Under the pieces are notes generated by a model. It was not told where the DNA came from. It worked only from the letters and a program-made list of their open reading frames with translations, and did not search any database. From IMG/VR virus record IMGVR_UViG_3300034101_003424, positions 1-64,000 of that record: a DNA stretch of 64,000 nucleotides. One strand, written 5' to 3'. How positions within the stretch are numbered: position 1 is the stretch's first letter; each line of letters begins with the position of its first letter. The stretch is from a virus. This document shows, piece after piece, positions 50,828 to 59,175 of the stretch. Position numbers and translations under genes: made by a program.

Positions 50828-52279
50828 ATGAGAATAGATAAAATCCAATTATCAGGGTCTTTACTAATATCTTCAAGTTTATCTCGAAGTCCTTTACGAA
50901 TAAATGATAACTATTTATATATAAACCCACAAGGTAACATAGGAATAGGAACTACAAATCCTACCTCAAAATTAGTAGTAACAGGTAGCATAGCAGTACA
51001 AGGACAATTAAGAGCAACAACATTATCAGGCTCATTCACAGGAAGCATTAAATTACCTACTATACCACTAGGAACATCGGAGACAAATATAGTATTGGTA
51101 GATGGTAGTGGTGGTTTAGTATATAGAAGTAACCTATCTTTAACAGGAGCTCAAGGAACACAGGGTACACAAGGAACACAGGGTACACAAGGAACACAAG
51201 GAACACAAGGTTTCCAAGGCAATCAAGGACCACAGGGAAACCAAGGTATTCAAGGAACTAACGGAACAGTAGGAACTCAAGGTTTACAAGGTAACCAAGG
51301 ACCTCAAGGTAATCAAGGACCTACCGGAATACAAGGTACAAACGGAGCTCAAGGTTTCCAAGGCAATCAAGGCCCACAGGGAAACCAAGGACCAACAGGT
51401 ATTCAAGGCACAGTAGGTACCAATGGAAACCAAGGCAATCAAGGACCTCAAGGTAATCAAGGACCTACCGGAATACAAGGTACAGCAGGAACAAACGGAA
51501 ACCAAGGTAATCAAGGACCTACCGGAATACAAGGTACAGTTGGCACACAAGGTTTTCAAGGCAGACAAGGACCACAGGGTAATCAAGGCCCAACAGGAGT
51601 ACAAGGTACAATAGGCTCTGCTGGTCCATCAGGCCCTCCCGGTCCTCCTGGCCCTCCCGGACCATCAGGAGGTACAGGTCCGCAAGGAGCAGTAGGACCA
51701 AATGGTAGAATTTCACCGAGTGGTATTACACAGGGATCTTATGGATCTATTTCTATATCTGGAACTACAAATACTTATGCCGGTATTAACTTTAGTGACC
51801 CTTACATAACATTAATGGTAAATGTAGGAGCAACTGGATTTTATGTTAATAATAATTCATGGAGAGCATATTGGGATGCAAATGCTACCTTACAAAATTA
51901 TGGCGACGTAATTGCTTATGCTTCTGACAAAAGATTAAAAAATAATATAAAAAATATTCCAAATGCTTTAAGTAAAGTATTAAGTATAAATGGTGTAAAT
52001 TATAATTGGGATTTAGTTGAATGTAATAAATGGGGTTTTAATCCAAATGAATCAGATGTTGGGGTTATAGCTCAAGAAGTACAAGAAGTATTACCCGAAG
52101 CAGTAAAATATGCTCCATTTGATAGAGACCCAATAAAAGGAACAGATAGTATATCGGGTAAAGATTATTTAACAGTACAATACGATAAACTAATCCCCTT
52201 ATTAATAGAAGCGATAAAAGAACAACAACAACAGATTAATGAGTTAAGTAGTGAAATAAAAATACTAAAAGAAAAATAA
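50828..52279 (+). CDS. Collagen-like tail fibre with C-terminal peptidase S74 chaperone
   Basis: GNIGIGTTNP, G-X-Q collagen with GPP cap, SDKRLKNNI...GVIAQEVQEVLPEAV...[16 protein letters not shown]. Confidence 0.9.
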   Translation: MRIDKIQLSGSLLISSSLSRSPLRINDNYLYINPQGNIGIGTTNPTSKLVVTGSIAVQGQLRATTLSGSFTGSIKLPTIPLGTSETNIVLVDGSGGLVYRSNLSLTGAQGTQGTQGTQGTQGTQGTQGFQGNQGPQGNQGIQGTNGTVGTQGLQGNQGPQGNQGPTGIQGTNGAQGFQGNQGPQGNQGPTGIQGTVGTNGNQGNQGPQGNQGPTGIQGTAGTNGNQGNQGPTGIQGTVGTQGFQGRQGPQGNQGPTGVQGTIGSAGPSGPPGPPGPPGPSGGTGPQGAVGPNGRISPSGITQGSYGSISISGTTNTYAGINFSDPYITLMVNVGATGFYVNNNSWRAYWDANATLQNYGDVIAYASDKRLKNNIKNIPNALSKVLSINGVNYNWDLVECNKWGFNPNESDVGVIAQEVQEVLPEAVKYAPFDRDPIKGTDSISGKDYLTVQYDKLIPLLIEAIKEQQQQINELSSEIKILKEK

Positions 52280-52280
52280 C

Positions 52281-53258
52281 ATGCCTTTACCAAGTAGCGG
52301 ACAAATATCATTTTCACAATTAGCAGCTGAATTAGGAAACGCATGTTCAAATGTAAGTCTTAGAAGTTATTCCGCTTGTGCAAATTTAACATCTCCTGAT
52401 GGTATTACTGAGTTGTATGGTAAATCTTGTATACCTACTTATGGAGCAGGTACTTGGTCGAGTGGGGGGGCAATGATAACGGCACGATTTTCTTTAGCAG
52501 GAGCAGGAACACAAAATGCAGGACTTGCAGTAGGAGGTACTACAGGTACTGATGTATCCTCTACCGAAGAATACAATGGCACATCTTGGTCAGCAGGAGG
52601 GGGATTGATAGTGGCAAGAAGATTTGTAGCAGGAGCAGGAACACAAAATGAAGGACTTGCGTTTGGGGGTTTTTCAAATGCAAATTTATCTTGTACAGAG
52701 GAGTATAACGGTACATCTTGGTCAACAGGTGGTGCATTAGCTACAGCACGATATGGCCTACTTGCAGGAGCAGGAACGCAAAATGCAGGACTTGTGGCGG
52801 GAGGAGGTGGCTGTCTAAGTAATACAGAAGAATACAATGGCACATCTTGGTCAGCAGGAGGGGGATTGATAGTGGGGAGAGGTTGTTTAGCAGGAGCAGG
52901 AACACAAAATGCAGGACTTGCGTTTGGGGGTTTTTCAAATGAAAATTTATCTTGTACAGAGGAGTATAACGGTACATCTTGGTCAACAGGTGGGGCATTG
53001 ATAAATGCAAGAAGAGTATTAGCAGGAGCAGGTACTCAAAATGAAGGTCTTGCAACAGGTGGTTTTCCAAGAACCTCTTCTACAGAAGAATACAATGGCA
53101 CATCATGGTCATCAGGAGGGGCATTAATTACGGCAAGAAATAATTTAGCGGGAGCAGGAACGCAAAATGCAGGACTTGCGTTTGGGGGTTTTAGTGGTGT
53201 CTATTCATCTTGCACCGAAGAATATACAAAATCAGTAATAAGTATATGTTTAGGATAA
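52281..53258 (+). CDS. Fibre-tip adhesin: gp38-like N-terminal attachment module + six-bladed Kelch-like propeller
   Basis: MPLPSSGQIS...ELG...SL....P..ITELYGKS, then six blades; directly follows the S74 fibre. Confidence 0.75.
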   Translation: MPLPSSGQISFSQLAAELGNACSNVSLRSYSACANLTSPDGITELYGKSCIPTYGAGTWSSGGAMITARFSLAGAGTQNAGLAVGGTTGTDVSSTEEYNGTSWSAGGGLIVARRFVAGAGTQNEGLAFGGFSNANLSCTEEYNGTSWSTGGALATARYGLLAGAGTQNAGLVAGGGGCLSNTEEYNGTSWSAGGGLIVGRGCLAGAGTQNAGLAFGGFSNENLSCTEEYNGTSWSTGGALINARRVLAGAGTQNEGLATGGFPRTSSTEEYNGTSWSSGGALITARNNLAGAGTQNAGLAFGGFSGVYSSCTEEYTKSVISICLG

Positions 53259-53279
53259 AAAATAATAAAACAAAACAAA

Positions 53280-53813
53280 ATGCCTTCAAAAACAGAAAAA
53301 CAACAAAAATTCTTTCAGATAGTAAAAGCCTATAAAGATAAGAAAATGTCAGCAGCGGAAGTAGGAAAAAATGTAGAAGATGCAGCTAAAGACATGTCAG
53401 ATAAAGAAGTGGACAAATATTCAAAATTGACAAAGGAAGATATTGATGAACTAAGAGAATTATTAAACATGAAAAAAGAAAATGTAATGCCTAATGTAAA
53501 ACCTAATGATGCAGAAAATGCAGAAGAAGGTAAGATGGCAAAAAATCAAGCTAAAGACATTATGAAATATGCTTTAGAGATTCACAAGATGATAAATGAA
53601 AGAGATGATTTACCAGAATGGGTTGAATCTAAAATAACAAAAGCTCACGATTACATGACAACCCTATGTCAATACATGTCAAATGAATTAGAAAAGGATT
53701 CTAATGCATTTAAAAAGACAGATGAGGCATATTACAGTAGAAAGCCTAAGAGTGGAAAAGTTGGAGGCATTGGTAGATTAGTAGGAGCTGCCATGTCGAT
53801 AGGAAAGAAATAA
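53280..53813 (+). CDS. Hypothetical protein (possible head-associated)
   Basis: MPSKTEKQQKFF and EGKMAK.Q...DDLPEWVESKITKA.DY segments that I associate with large myoviruses. Confidence 0.55.
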   Translation: MPSKTEKQQKFFQIVKAYKDKKMSAAEVGKNVEDAAKDMSDKEVDKYSKLTKEDIDELRELLNMKKENVMPNVKPNDAENAEEGKMAKNQAKDIMKYALEIHKMINERDDLPEWVESKITKAHDYMTTLCQYMSNELEKDSNAFKKTDEAYYSRKPKSGKVGGIGRLVGAAMSIGKK

Positions 53814-53854
53814 GATGTTTTATATATTTTTTTGGATTTAAACAATGTGATAAA

Positions 53855-54739
53855 ATGCAAGACATGGATTTAATAAAAAGAATTCAAGAGTTTTTTGGAT
53901 TTAATAAAACTGGGCAATATGATCCGTTAACAGAAGCTGCGGTAAAGAATGTTCAAAGAAGTAATGAAGTTTATCCCGACGGAAAATTAGATGATTATAC
54001 AGTCAATCTTATTTTTGAAGGAGAGCTTACAACTGATTTTTTAAGTAGAGTAGAGGTGTCTGGAGATTTAGTTATTGACCGGAGACACATGCCGGATAAA
54101 GAATACATAAAAACAGAAACAAAAAAAGAGTATATATTCTTACATCACACAGCAGGTTGGGATAATCCGTATAATGTTATTCATGGATGGGCTACTGATA
54201 CTCGAGGCAGAGTAGGAACCCAATATGTTATCGGAGGTCAGAATGTTACAAATGTTTCCCATAAGTACGATGGAGTAATTGTAGAGGCCTTCCCAAAAGA
54301 ATACTACGCATATCATTTAGGAATCGGAGCTACTTACATGCACTCTAGGTCTGTAGGCATAGAACTTTGCAACTTCGGATATTTAACAAAGGAAGGTACT
54401 AAATTCTACACCTACACAAAAAGAGAAGTTCACCCTAGCCAAGTAGTAACGCTAAAAAAAGACTTTAGAGGATTTAGACATTTTCATAGGTATTCTGACA
54501 ATCAAATATCTGCATTGAAAAAATTGCTTATAAAAATATCTAATGATCACTCTATCGACTTAAAAGGAGGACTATACACTTATTTTAATTCACAAGACCC
54601 ATTCGTAGCTTTAGACTATAAAGATGATGTGAAAAAAGGTCTTGTAAAAGGTGTATTCTCTCATACAAACGTTATCATGTCCGGTAAATGGGATATTTTC
54701 CCGCAGGATGAAATGATTGATATGATAAGAAGCATTTAA
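53855..54739 (+). CDS. Endolysin: peptidoglycan-binding domain + N-acetylmuramoyl-L-alanine amidase
   Basis: TGQYDPLTEAAVK..Q...DG; IFLHHTAG, AYHLG, SVGIELCN, SHT...KWD. Confidence 0.88.
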   Translation: MQDMDLIKRIQEFFGFNKTGQYDPLTEAAVKNVQRSNEVYPDGKLDDYTVNLIFEGELTTDFLSRVEVSGDLVIDRRHMPDKEYIKTETKKEYIFLHHTAGWDNPYNVIHGWATDTRGRVGTQYVIGGQNVTNVSHKYDGVIVEAFPKEYYAYHLGIGATYMHSRSVGIELCNFGYLTKEGTKFYTYTKREVHPSQVVTLKKDFRGFRHFHRYSDNQISALKKLLIKISNDHSIDLKGGLYTYFNSQDPFVALDYKDDVKKGLVKGVFSHTNVIMSGKWDIFPQDEMIDMIRSI

Positions 54740-55314
54740 TTAACTGGGTCATACGTTTCTGATTTTTTTGGATTTCTTATTTTTTTACTTGGTGGTAGGT
54801 AGAAATTATCTTCTTTACCATCTACTTCTTTTGATAGGTCATAAATATTTCCCATGACTTCAAAAGGGCATATCAAGTGAGTTAAATCTTCATTCGAGAA
54901 ATTATGTCCTATGATTTTTTGTATCTCCTTAAGTTTATCTTTTGTTATGTTACTAATAATGTTTAATCTTTTGAGTTCTTGATATCTGTATAATGGATAG
55001 TCCCCGCAGAAAAATTGCAGAGTAACCGGATTCCATCTTACCCTCTCGAGCTTCATATATAGCTTGTAATCAACTCCAAGGTATCTACTAAGTATGTTAT
55101 CATTTTCATAGATTCGATTCCCCAGGGAGTCTCTAAACCCCGTCCACGCATCACAGGACTCAAGAGAAAATCCTCGAGGAGTTCCAGCATAGACATATCC
55201 TAAATCCTTATTATCGGTATCAAATATGTTTTCAAATACTTCAATGATTTCACCTTTCTTTAATTCCGCAAAACTTTTTTCCGCTCTAAATCTCAGTCTA
55301 AAAATAGTCTCCAT
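54736..55314 (-). CDS. YopX-family protein
   Basis: LRFRA, WTGFRDSLGNRIYENDNI, FEVMGNIYD; start reassigned to ATG 55314. Confidence 0.75.
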   Translation of the reverse strand: METIFRLRFRAEKSFAELKKGEIIEVFENIFDTDNKDLGYVYAGTPRGFSLESCDAWTGFRDSLGNRIYENDNILSRYLGVDYKLYMKLERVRWNPVTLQFFCGDYPLYRYQELKRLNIISNITKDKLKEIQKIIGHNFSNEDLTHLICPFEVMGNIYDLSKEVDGKEDNFYLPPSKKIRNPKKSETYDPVN

Positions 55315-55347
55315 AGTATGTTCATGTTTTAAAATAAATAATAAGTG

Positions 55348-55379
55348 CGAATATAGTAAAAACAATTGACTTACGCAAC
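55348..55379 (-). promoter_or_regulatory. Bacteroidota-type promoter (variant)
   Basis: GTTG-N20-TATATTCG. Confidence 0.6.
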
Positions 55380-55426
55380 TATTTTATCATTTTTACGTTA
55401 AATAATTGTTTATAGACTTGTATATC

Positions 55427-56104
55427 ATGATTATATCTCATAAATATAAATGTATCTTCATAAGAATCCCCAAGACTGGTTCAACTAGCGTAGAGACCTA
55501 TTTGAAGGAAGTTGACCCGGATTGTATTTCATCAGATGACAAACCTCCGTATGGACACGAAACATGTTCACAGTTGATAGAAAAACATGGTCATACAATA
55601 TGGAACTCTTATTATAAATTTACCTTCATACGCGAACCTTATCAATGGTACAAATCATATTACTCAGATCTCTTAAATTATTCTTGGGATGAAGGTAGTG
55701 AATTAGCTAAAAAAAGTTTAGATTTATTTTTGACAGATTATAACACCTTACCGGAACCTGTCAATGGAACATTACATGAGAAGCACATCATGATAATCCA
55801 ATTACTAAATGATTTTTGGTTCTATCCTTCTATATACGATAAAATAATGGATAATCATGTGACTCAAATATCATGGATAGATAAGCCCATTAATTTCATA
55901 GGACGTACAGAATTTTTAGATGATGATTTCAAAGATGTATGCAACAAATTAAATATTCCGTTTACAGAACTAAAGAGATTAAATACATCAGATTCTCATA
56001 AATTAAATCATAGTGAAGGATCAAAAAGATTAATTAAATGTTTAGCAGAGAAGGACTTAGAATTATATTACAACATAAAACCGATAACAAATAATCGTTA
56101 TTAA
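55427..56104 (+). CDS. Sulfotransferase (family 2-like)
   Basis: MIISHKYKCIFIRIPKTGSTS, FTFIREP..W..SYY, FIGRTE.L.DDF; start reassigned to ATG 55427. Confidence 0.85.
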   Translation: MIISHKYKCIFIRIPKTGSTSVETYLKEVDPDCISSDDKPPYGHETCSQLIEKHGHTIWNSYYKFTFIREPYQWYKSYYSDLLNYSWDEGSELAKKSLDLFLTDYNTLPEPVNGTLHEKHIMIIQLLNDFWFYPSIYDKIMDNHVTQISWIDKPINFIGRTEFLDDDFKDVCNKLNIPFTELKRLNTSDSHKLNHSEGSKRLIKCLAEKDLELYYNIKPITNNRY

Positions 56105-56146
56105 TGTGTAATTATATAAAAAAGTAAATTTATAGCAAAATAACAC

Positions 56147-56154
56147 TATTTATA
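56147..56154 (+). promoter_or_regulatory. Putative late promoter TATTTATA
   Basis: Upstream of 56171. Confidence 0.65.
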
Positions 56155-56170
56155 ATAAAACGCTTTAATT

Positions 56171-56479
56171 ATGGGCAGACCTAGAAAAACAGAAATAGAT
56201 TCGAAAAAAGAAATAAAGACGAATCAAGAAGTTAAAAAGCAAAAGAAAGCACCCCCTGTAAATAAGACAAGAGAGGATGCATCGGGTTTTAGAACTACAT
56301 TCCCTCCGGAGCATGTGTATAAAATCAAGGTAACTACTTCTAAGGGAGAACAAGTAATAGTTACCGAAAATGTGTCACAGATAGTAGAGGCAATTAAAAA
56401 AGCAAAACAAGCAGAGAAATCTATATTACATAAATTAAAAGATGCTACACTAAGTTTTTTCAGAGGATTTAAAAAATAG
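56171..56479 (+). CDS. Basic hypothetical protein with AT-hook-like start
   Basis: MGRPRK; Lys-rich. Confidence 0.6.
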   Translation: MGRPRKTEIDSKKEIKTNQEVKKQKKAPPVNKTREDASGFRTTFPPEHVYKIKVTTSKGEQVIVTENVSQIVEAIKKAKQAEKSILHKLKDATLSFFRGFKK

Positions 56480-56485
56480 TTTTAC

Positions 56486-57010
56486 ATGAGTGGTATTATC
56501 ATTACCGATTATTTGAGAAGATATTTACGAAAAGATTTAGATAACTTTCATAAATACTTGCAGATTATAGCAGAGGAAGGAGCGAATTATAGTGACCGGT
56601 TAATTCGCCGCAGGGATAAATTACATCTAAATGCTATTAAAGGATTGTTTGCATTTGTCGTAGATTCTAAAACATTTAATGACATCTCTTCCGCAGATAG
56701 AATATATTTTCTAATTGATGCCATGTATTATTATTTCCCATTCGGAAGACATGAGAAGATGAAAAAAGATGAAGCATTCATTTATGATGTTTTTATCAAG
56801 GAATGTAGGAAAGAAGATGTATTGAGGAGACCGGAGTATGAAAAATGGTTAGTTAAAAAAAAGGGCGGGGATTATTGGAAATGGATGCATCAGATACTAG
56901 GAGCAGAGTGGGAAGAATCTAAAAATGAATCAATGAAAATGAAAAAAGCATATAAAGAAAGAGTAAAGAATAAAGATTTAAGAAACCAATCCATAAACCC
57001 AGAAACATGA
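56486..57010 (+). CDS. Hypothetical protein
   Basis: Intact ORF, ATGA-coupled to the next gene. Confidence 0.6.
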   Translation: MSGIIITDYLRRYLRKDLDNFHKYLQIIAEEGANYSDRLIRRRDKLHLNAIKGLFAFVVDSKTFNDISSADRIYFLIDAMYYYFPFGRHEKMKKDEAFIYDVFIKECRKEDVLRRPEYEKWLVKKKGGDYWKWMHQILGAEWEESKNESMKMKKAYKERVKNKDLRNQSINPET

Positions 57011-57324
57011 ATTATAATGATGAAGACTTTCTAAGAAGAATAGTAGGCGTAGGAACCTTAGGATACTCATTAGAAAAAATAATGAATGTATTAGATATTC
57101 CTACATCTGATATGAAATCATTTACAGATGAATTTTACAATAAGAACAGTGAAGTATATAGAGCATACAAGAAAGGAATAGACAAAGCAGATTACGTCAT
57201 AGATATGAAACTATTTGAAGAAGCTAAAAGTGGAAACATAAGAGCTTTAAAAAAATATGAAGAAAGAAAAGATAAAGAGATATATAGACAACGGAGAGCC
57301 CAAACATTAAAAGATGAAGAATAA
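57007..57324 (+). CDS. Terminase-small-subunit-like/HTH protein
   Basis: GYSLEKIMNVLDI HTH-like; AYKKG...A...I...LF..AKSGN..AL pattern. Confidence 0.5.
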   Translation: MNYNDEDFLRRIVGVGTLGYSLEKIMNVLDIPTSDMKSFTDEFYNKNSEVYRAYKKGIDKADYVIDMKLFEEAKSGNIRALKKYEERKDKEIYRQRRAQTLKDEE

Positions 57325-57928
57325 TATTACATACATAGACATAAATAAATTATCAGAGAATCCAAGAAACAGTAAGATACATCCGGATGAACAGATAGCA
57401 AAGTTAATGAAGAGCATCACAGAGTTCGGATTTAACATTCCTATCCTCATTGATAAGAAAAACATGATTATTGCTGGACATGCTCGATTCCTGGCAGCAA
57501 AAGCATTACATATAGATTCTATTCCTGCAATCCGTATTGAGAATTTAACTGATGATCAAATAAGAGCTTATTCCATAGCAGATAATAAGCTAACTGAATT
57601 AGGAGAATGGGACTATACAAAGTTAAGCGATGAATTAGAGTATCTCAATTCTGTTGACATAGATGCAATGGCCATGGGATTTGATTATGAAGATTTTGAA
57701 ATGCTAAATGAATCTTTCCAAAATGATGATGACATCTTATCTGCCACTAAATCAGAACCATCTTCTCCATCAAAAAATAAAAAAAGCATTGTCTTCTCTT
57801 ACAATATAGAAGATTATACAAACATGATGAAGAAATTCAAGACAGTAATGAATGAGAACGACATAAAAGCTAATGCAGAAGTTATAAGATTATTGATTGA
57901 ACACTATAATGAAAGACATGATGGGTAA
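57314..57928 (+). CDS. ParB/sulfiredoxin N-terminal domain protein 1
   Basis: NPRNSKIH..EQI..L..SI.EFGF..PILID....IIAGHAR, ADNKL.E.GEWD. Confidence 0.88.
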   Translation: MKNNITYIDINKLSENPRNSKIHPDEQIAKLMKSITEFGFNIPILIDKKNMIIAGHARFLAAKALHIDSIPAIRIENLTDDQIRAYSIADNKLTELGEWDYTKLSDELEYLNSVDIDAMAMGFDYEDFEMLNESFQNDDDILSATKSEPSSPSKNKKSIVFSYNIEDYTNMMKKFKTVMNENDIKANAEVIRLLIEHYNERHDG

Positions 57929-58496
57929 ATTAAATATAGAAATTGTTGACATTGATGATATAAAAGAATCTAATTATAACTCGAGAATACATAGCGAAGC
58001 TCAAGTAGAGAAGATTGCGAGTAGCATAGCAGAATTTGGCTTTGTTAACCCCATTATAATAGACGACGAAAATGAGATTATAGCAGGCCATGGTAGATTT
58101 ATGGCGGCCAAGCATTTAAATCTTAATGAGGTACCTACTATAAAACTTACCCACCTTACAGACGATAAAAAGAGAGCATTCATCATAGCAGACAATAAGA
58201 TAGCTCTTTCCGGAGAATGGGATTACGACATGCTGAAAGAAGAGTTCGATATTATACTAAAGAGCGAAATGGATATTGACTTACTAGGTTTTAACAGAAA
58301 GTTTATAGATTCCATGTTTAAAGAGAAAGATGCTGACGTTAAGGTCGTACATAAATTAAAGACGCTAAAAATAAACTTTGACGCAGATGATTATGACACT
58401 ACGCTAGATTCAATGAGAGATATTATGGATAAAGAAGGATGCGTAGACCATGAAGAAGTACTGGTTAGGTTATTAGATTTTTACCTAAGAAGTTAA
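57918..58496 (+). CDS. ParB/sulfiredoxin N-terminal domain protein 2
   Basis: NSRIHS..QV..IA.SI.EFGFVNPIIID...IIAGHGR, ADNKI...GEWD; probable start 57918 or 57921. Confidence 0.88.
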   Translation: MMGKLNIEIVDIDDIKESNYNSRIHSEAQVEKIASSIAEFGFVNPIIIDDENEIIAGHGRFMAAKHLNLNEVPTIKLTHLTDDKKRAFIIADNKIALSGEWDYDMLKEEFDIILKSEMDIDLLGFNRKFIDSMFKEKDADVKVVHKLKTLKINFDADDYDTTLDSMRDIMDKEGCVDHEEVLVRLLDFYLRS

Positions 58497-58515
58497 TTTT
58501 TACAACAAAGTACAA

Positions 58516-58523
58516 TATTTATA
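58516..58523 (+). promoter_or_regulatory. Putative late promoter TATTTATA
   Basis: 9 nt before ATG 58533. Confidence 0.7.
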
Positions 58524-58532
58524 TAAAAAGCT

Positions 58533-58898
58533 ATGATAAACGAATATATTGGATTTTTACTGCACTCAAGCACTCAAACAAGAGTATATCATTTACAAAC
58601 TTCTTCTTACGCCAAACATAAAGCACTCAATAAGTACTACGACAAAATATTAGATTTAGTAGATACATTAGCAGAAGCTTATCAAGGTAAATATGGTATA
58701 ATCAAAGATATTAAAGTACCTGGAAGTGTTGATAATATAAAAACAGATGAGGACATTGTAAAATACTTCGGCACTTTATCCAACTACGTAGATAACAAAG
58801 TAAAAGATTTACCTGAGGATACATATCTTAGAAACATTTGCGACGAAATTGCTACTCTAATATATCAAACGACTTACTTACTTAAGAATCTTGATTAA
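58533..58898 (+). CDS. Ferritin/Dps-like four-helix protein (DUF5856-like)
   Basis: HLQT.SYAKHKAL..YYD...D.LAEAYQG.YG...LRNI.DEI...YLL. Confidence 0.75.
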   Translation: MINEYIGFLLHSSTQTRVYHLQTSSYAKHKALNKYYDKILDLVDTLAEAYQGKYGIIKDIKVPGSVDNIKTDEDIVKYFGTLSNYVDNKVKDLPEDTYLRNICDEIATLIYQTTYLLKNLD

Positions 58899-59133
58899 AC
58901 AGGGATAGATAGTAGTGGCTTCCATTACCCTCACCTGTTTTACCATTTTCGTAAGCATTTTCAATCATTTCCTTTTCTTCTGGGAGTTGTTTGTATATAA
59001 TAGATACTAATTCTAACATTACATCTAATCTACCTAAATGGAAAGAAGGATCATTCGAGACCTCTGACAAAGCACTGTACTGATTTTTCTTTGTTTCTGC
59101 CCAATATAAAATATTCTCTAAAGGTGTTTTCAT
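58882..59133 (-). CDS. Hypothetical protein
   Basis: EKEMIENAYENG....YY motif. Confidence 0.55.
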   Translation of the reverse strand: MKTPLENILYWAETKKNQYSALSEVSNDPSFHLGRLDVMLELVSIIYKQLPEEKEMIENAYENGKTGEGNGSHYYLSLFNQDS

Positions 59134-59146
59134 AAAGATTAAATTG

Positions 59147-59171
59147 AAAAGGCCCGCTAAAAGCAGGCCTT
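59147..59171 (-). terminator. Rho-independent terminator
   Basis: AAGGCCTGCT-TTT-AGCGGGCCTT plus TT on the minus strand. Confidence 0.7.
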
Positions 59172-59175
59172 AGTG

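Noticed and set aside
40367-53070. Minus-strand and alternate-frame ORFs over the propeller genes (e.g. 40608-41147, 48957-49817, 49999-50445, 52439-52843)
   Set aside because: Shadow ORFs caused by repetitive, stop-poor codon usage.
40264-53230. CRISPR array (conserved 25-32 nt repeats with variable spacers)
   Set aside because: Repeats are in-frame coding frameworks of propeller blades, two repeat types alternate, they are degenerate at third codon positions, and no cas genes are present.
40141-53258. Diversity-generating retroelement acting on the propellers
   Set aside because: No reverse transcriptase or non-coding template repeat in the window; loop variation includes indels and is not adenine-specific. 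An RT elsewhere in the genome cannot be excluded.
42041-53258. CaaX prenylation signals at propeller C-termini
   Set aside because: The Cys is at -3 rather than -4, and the host is bacterial.
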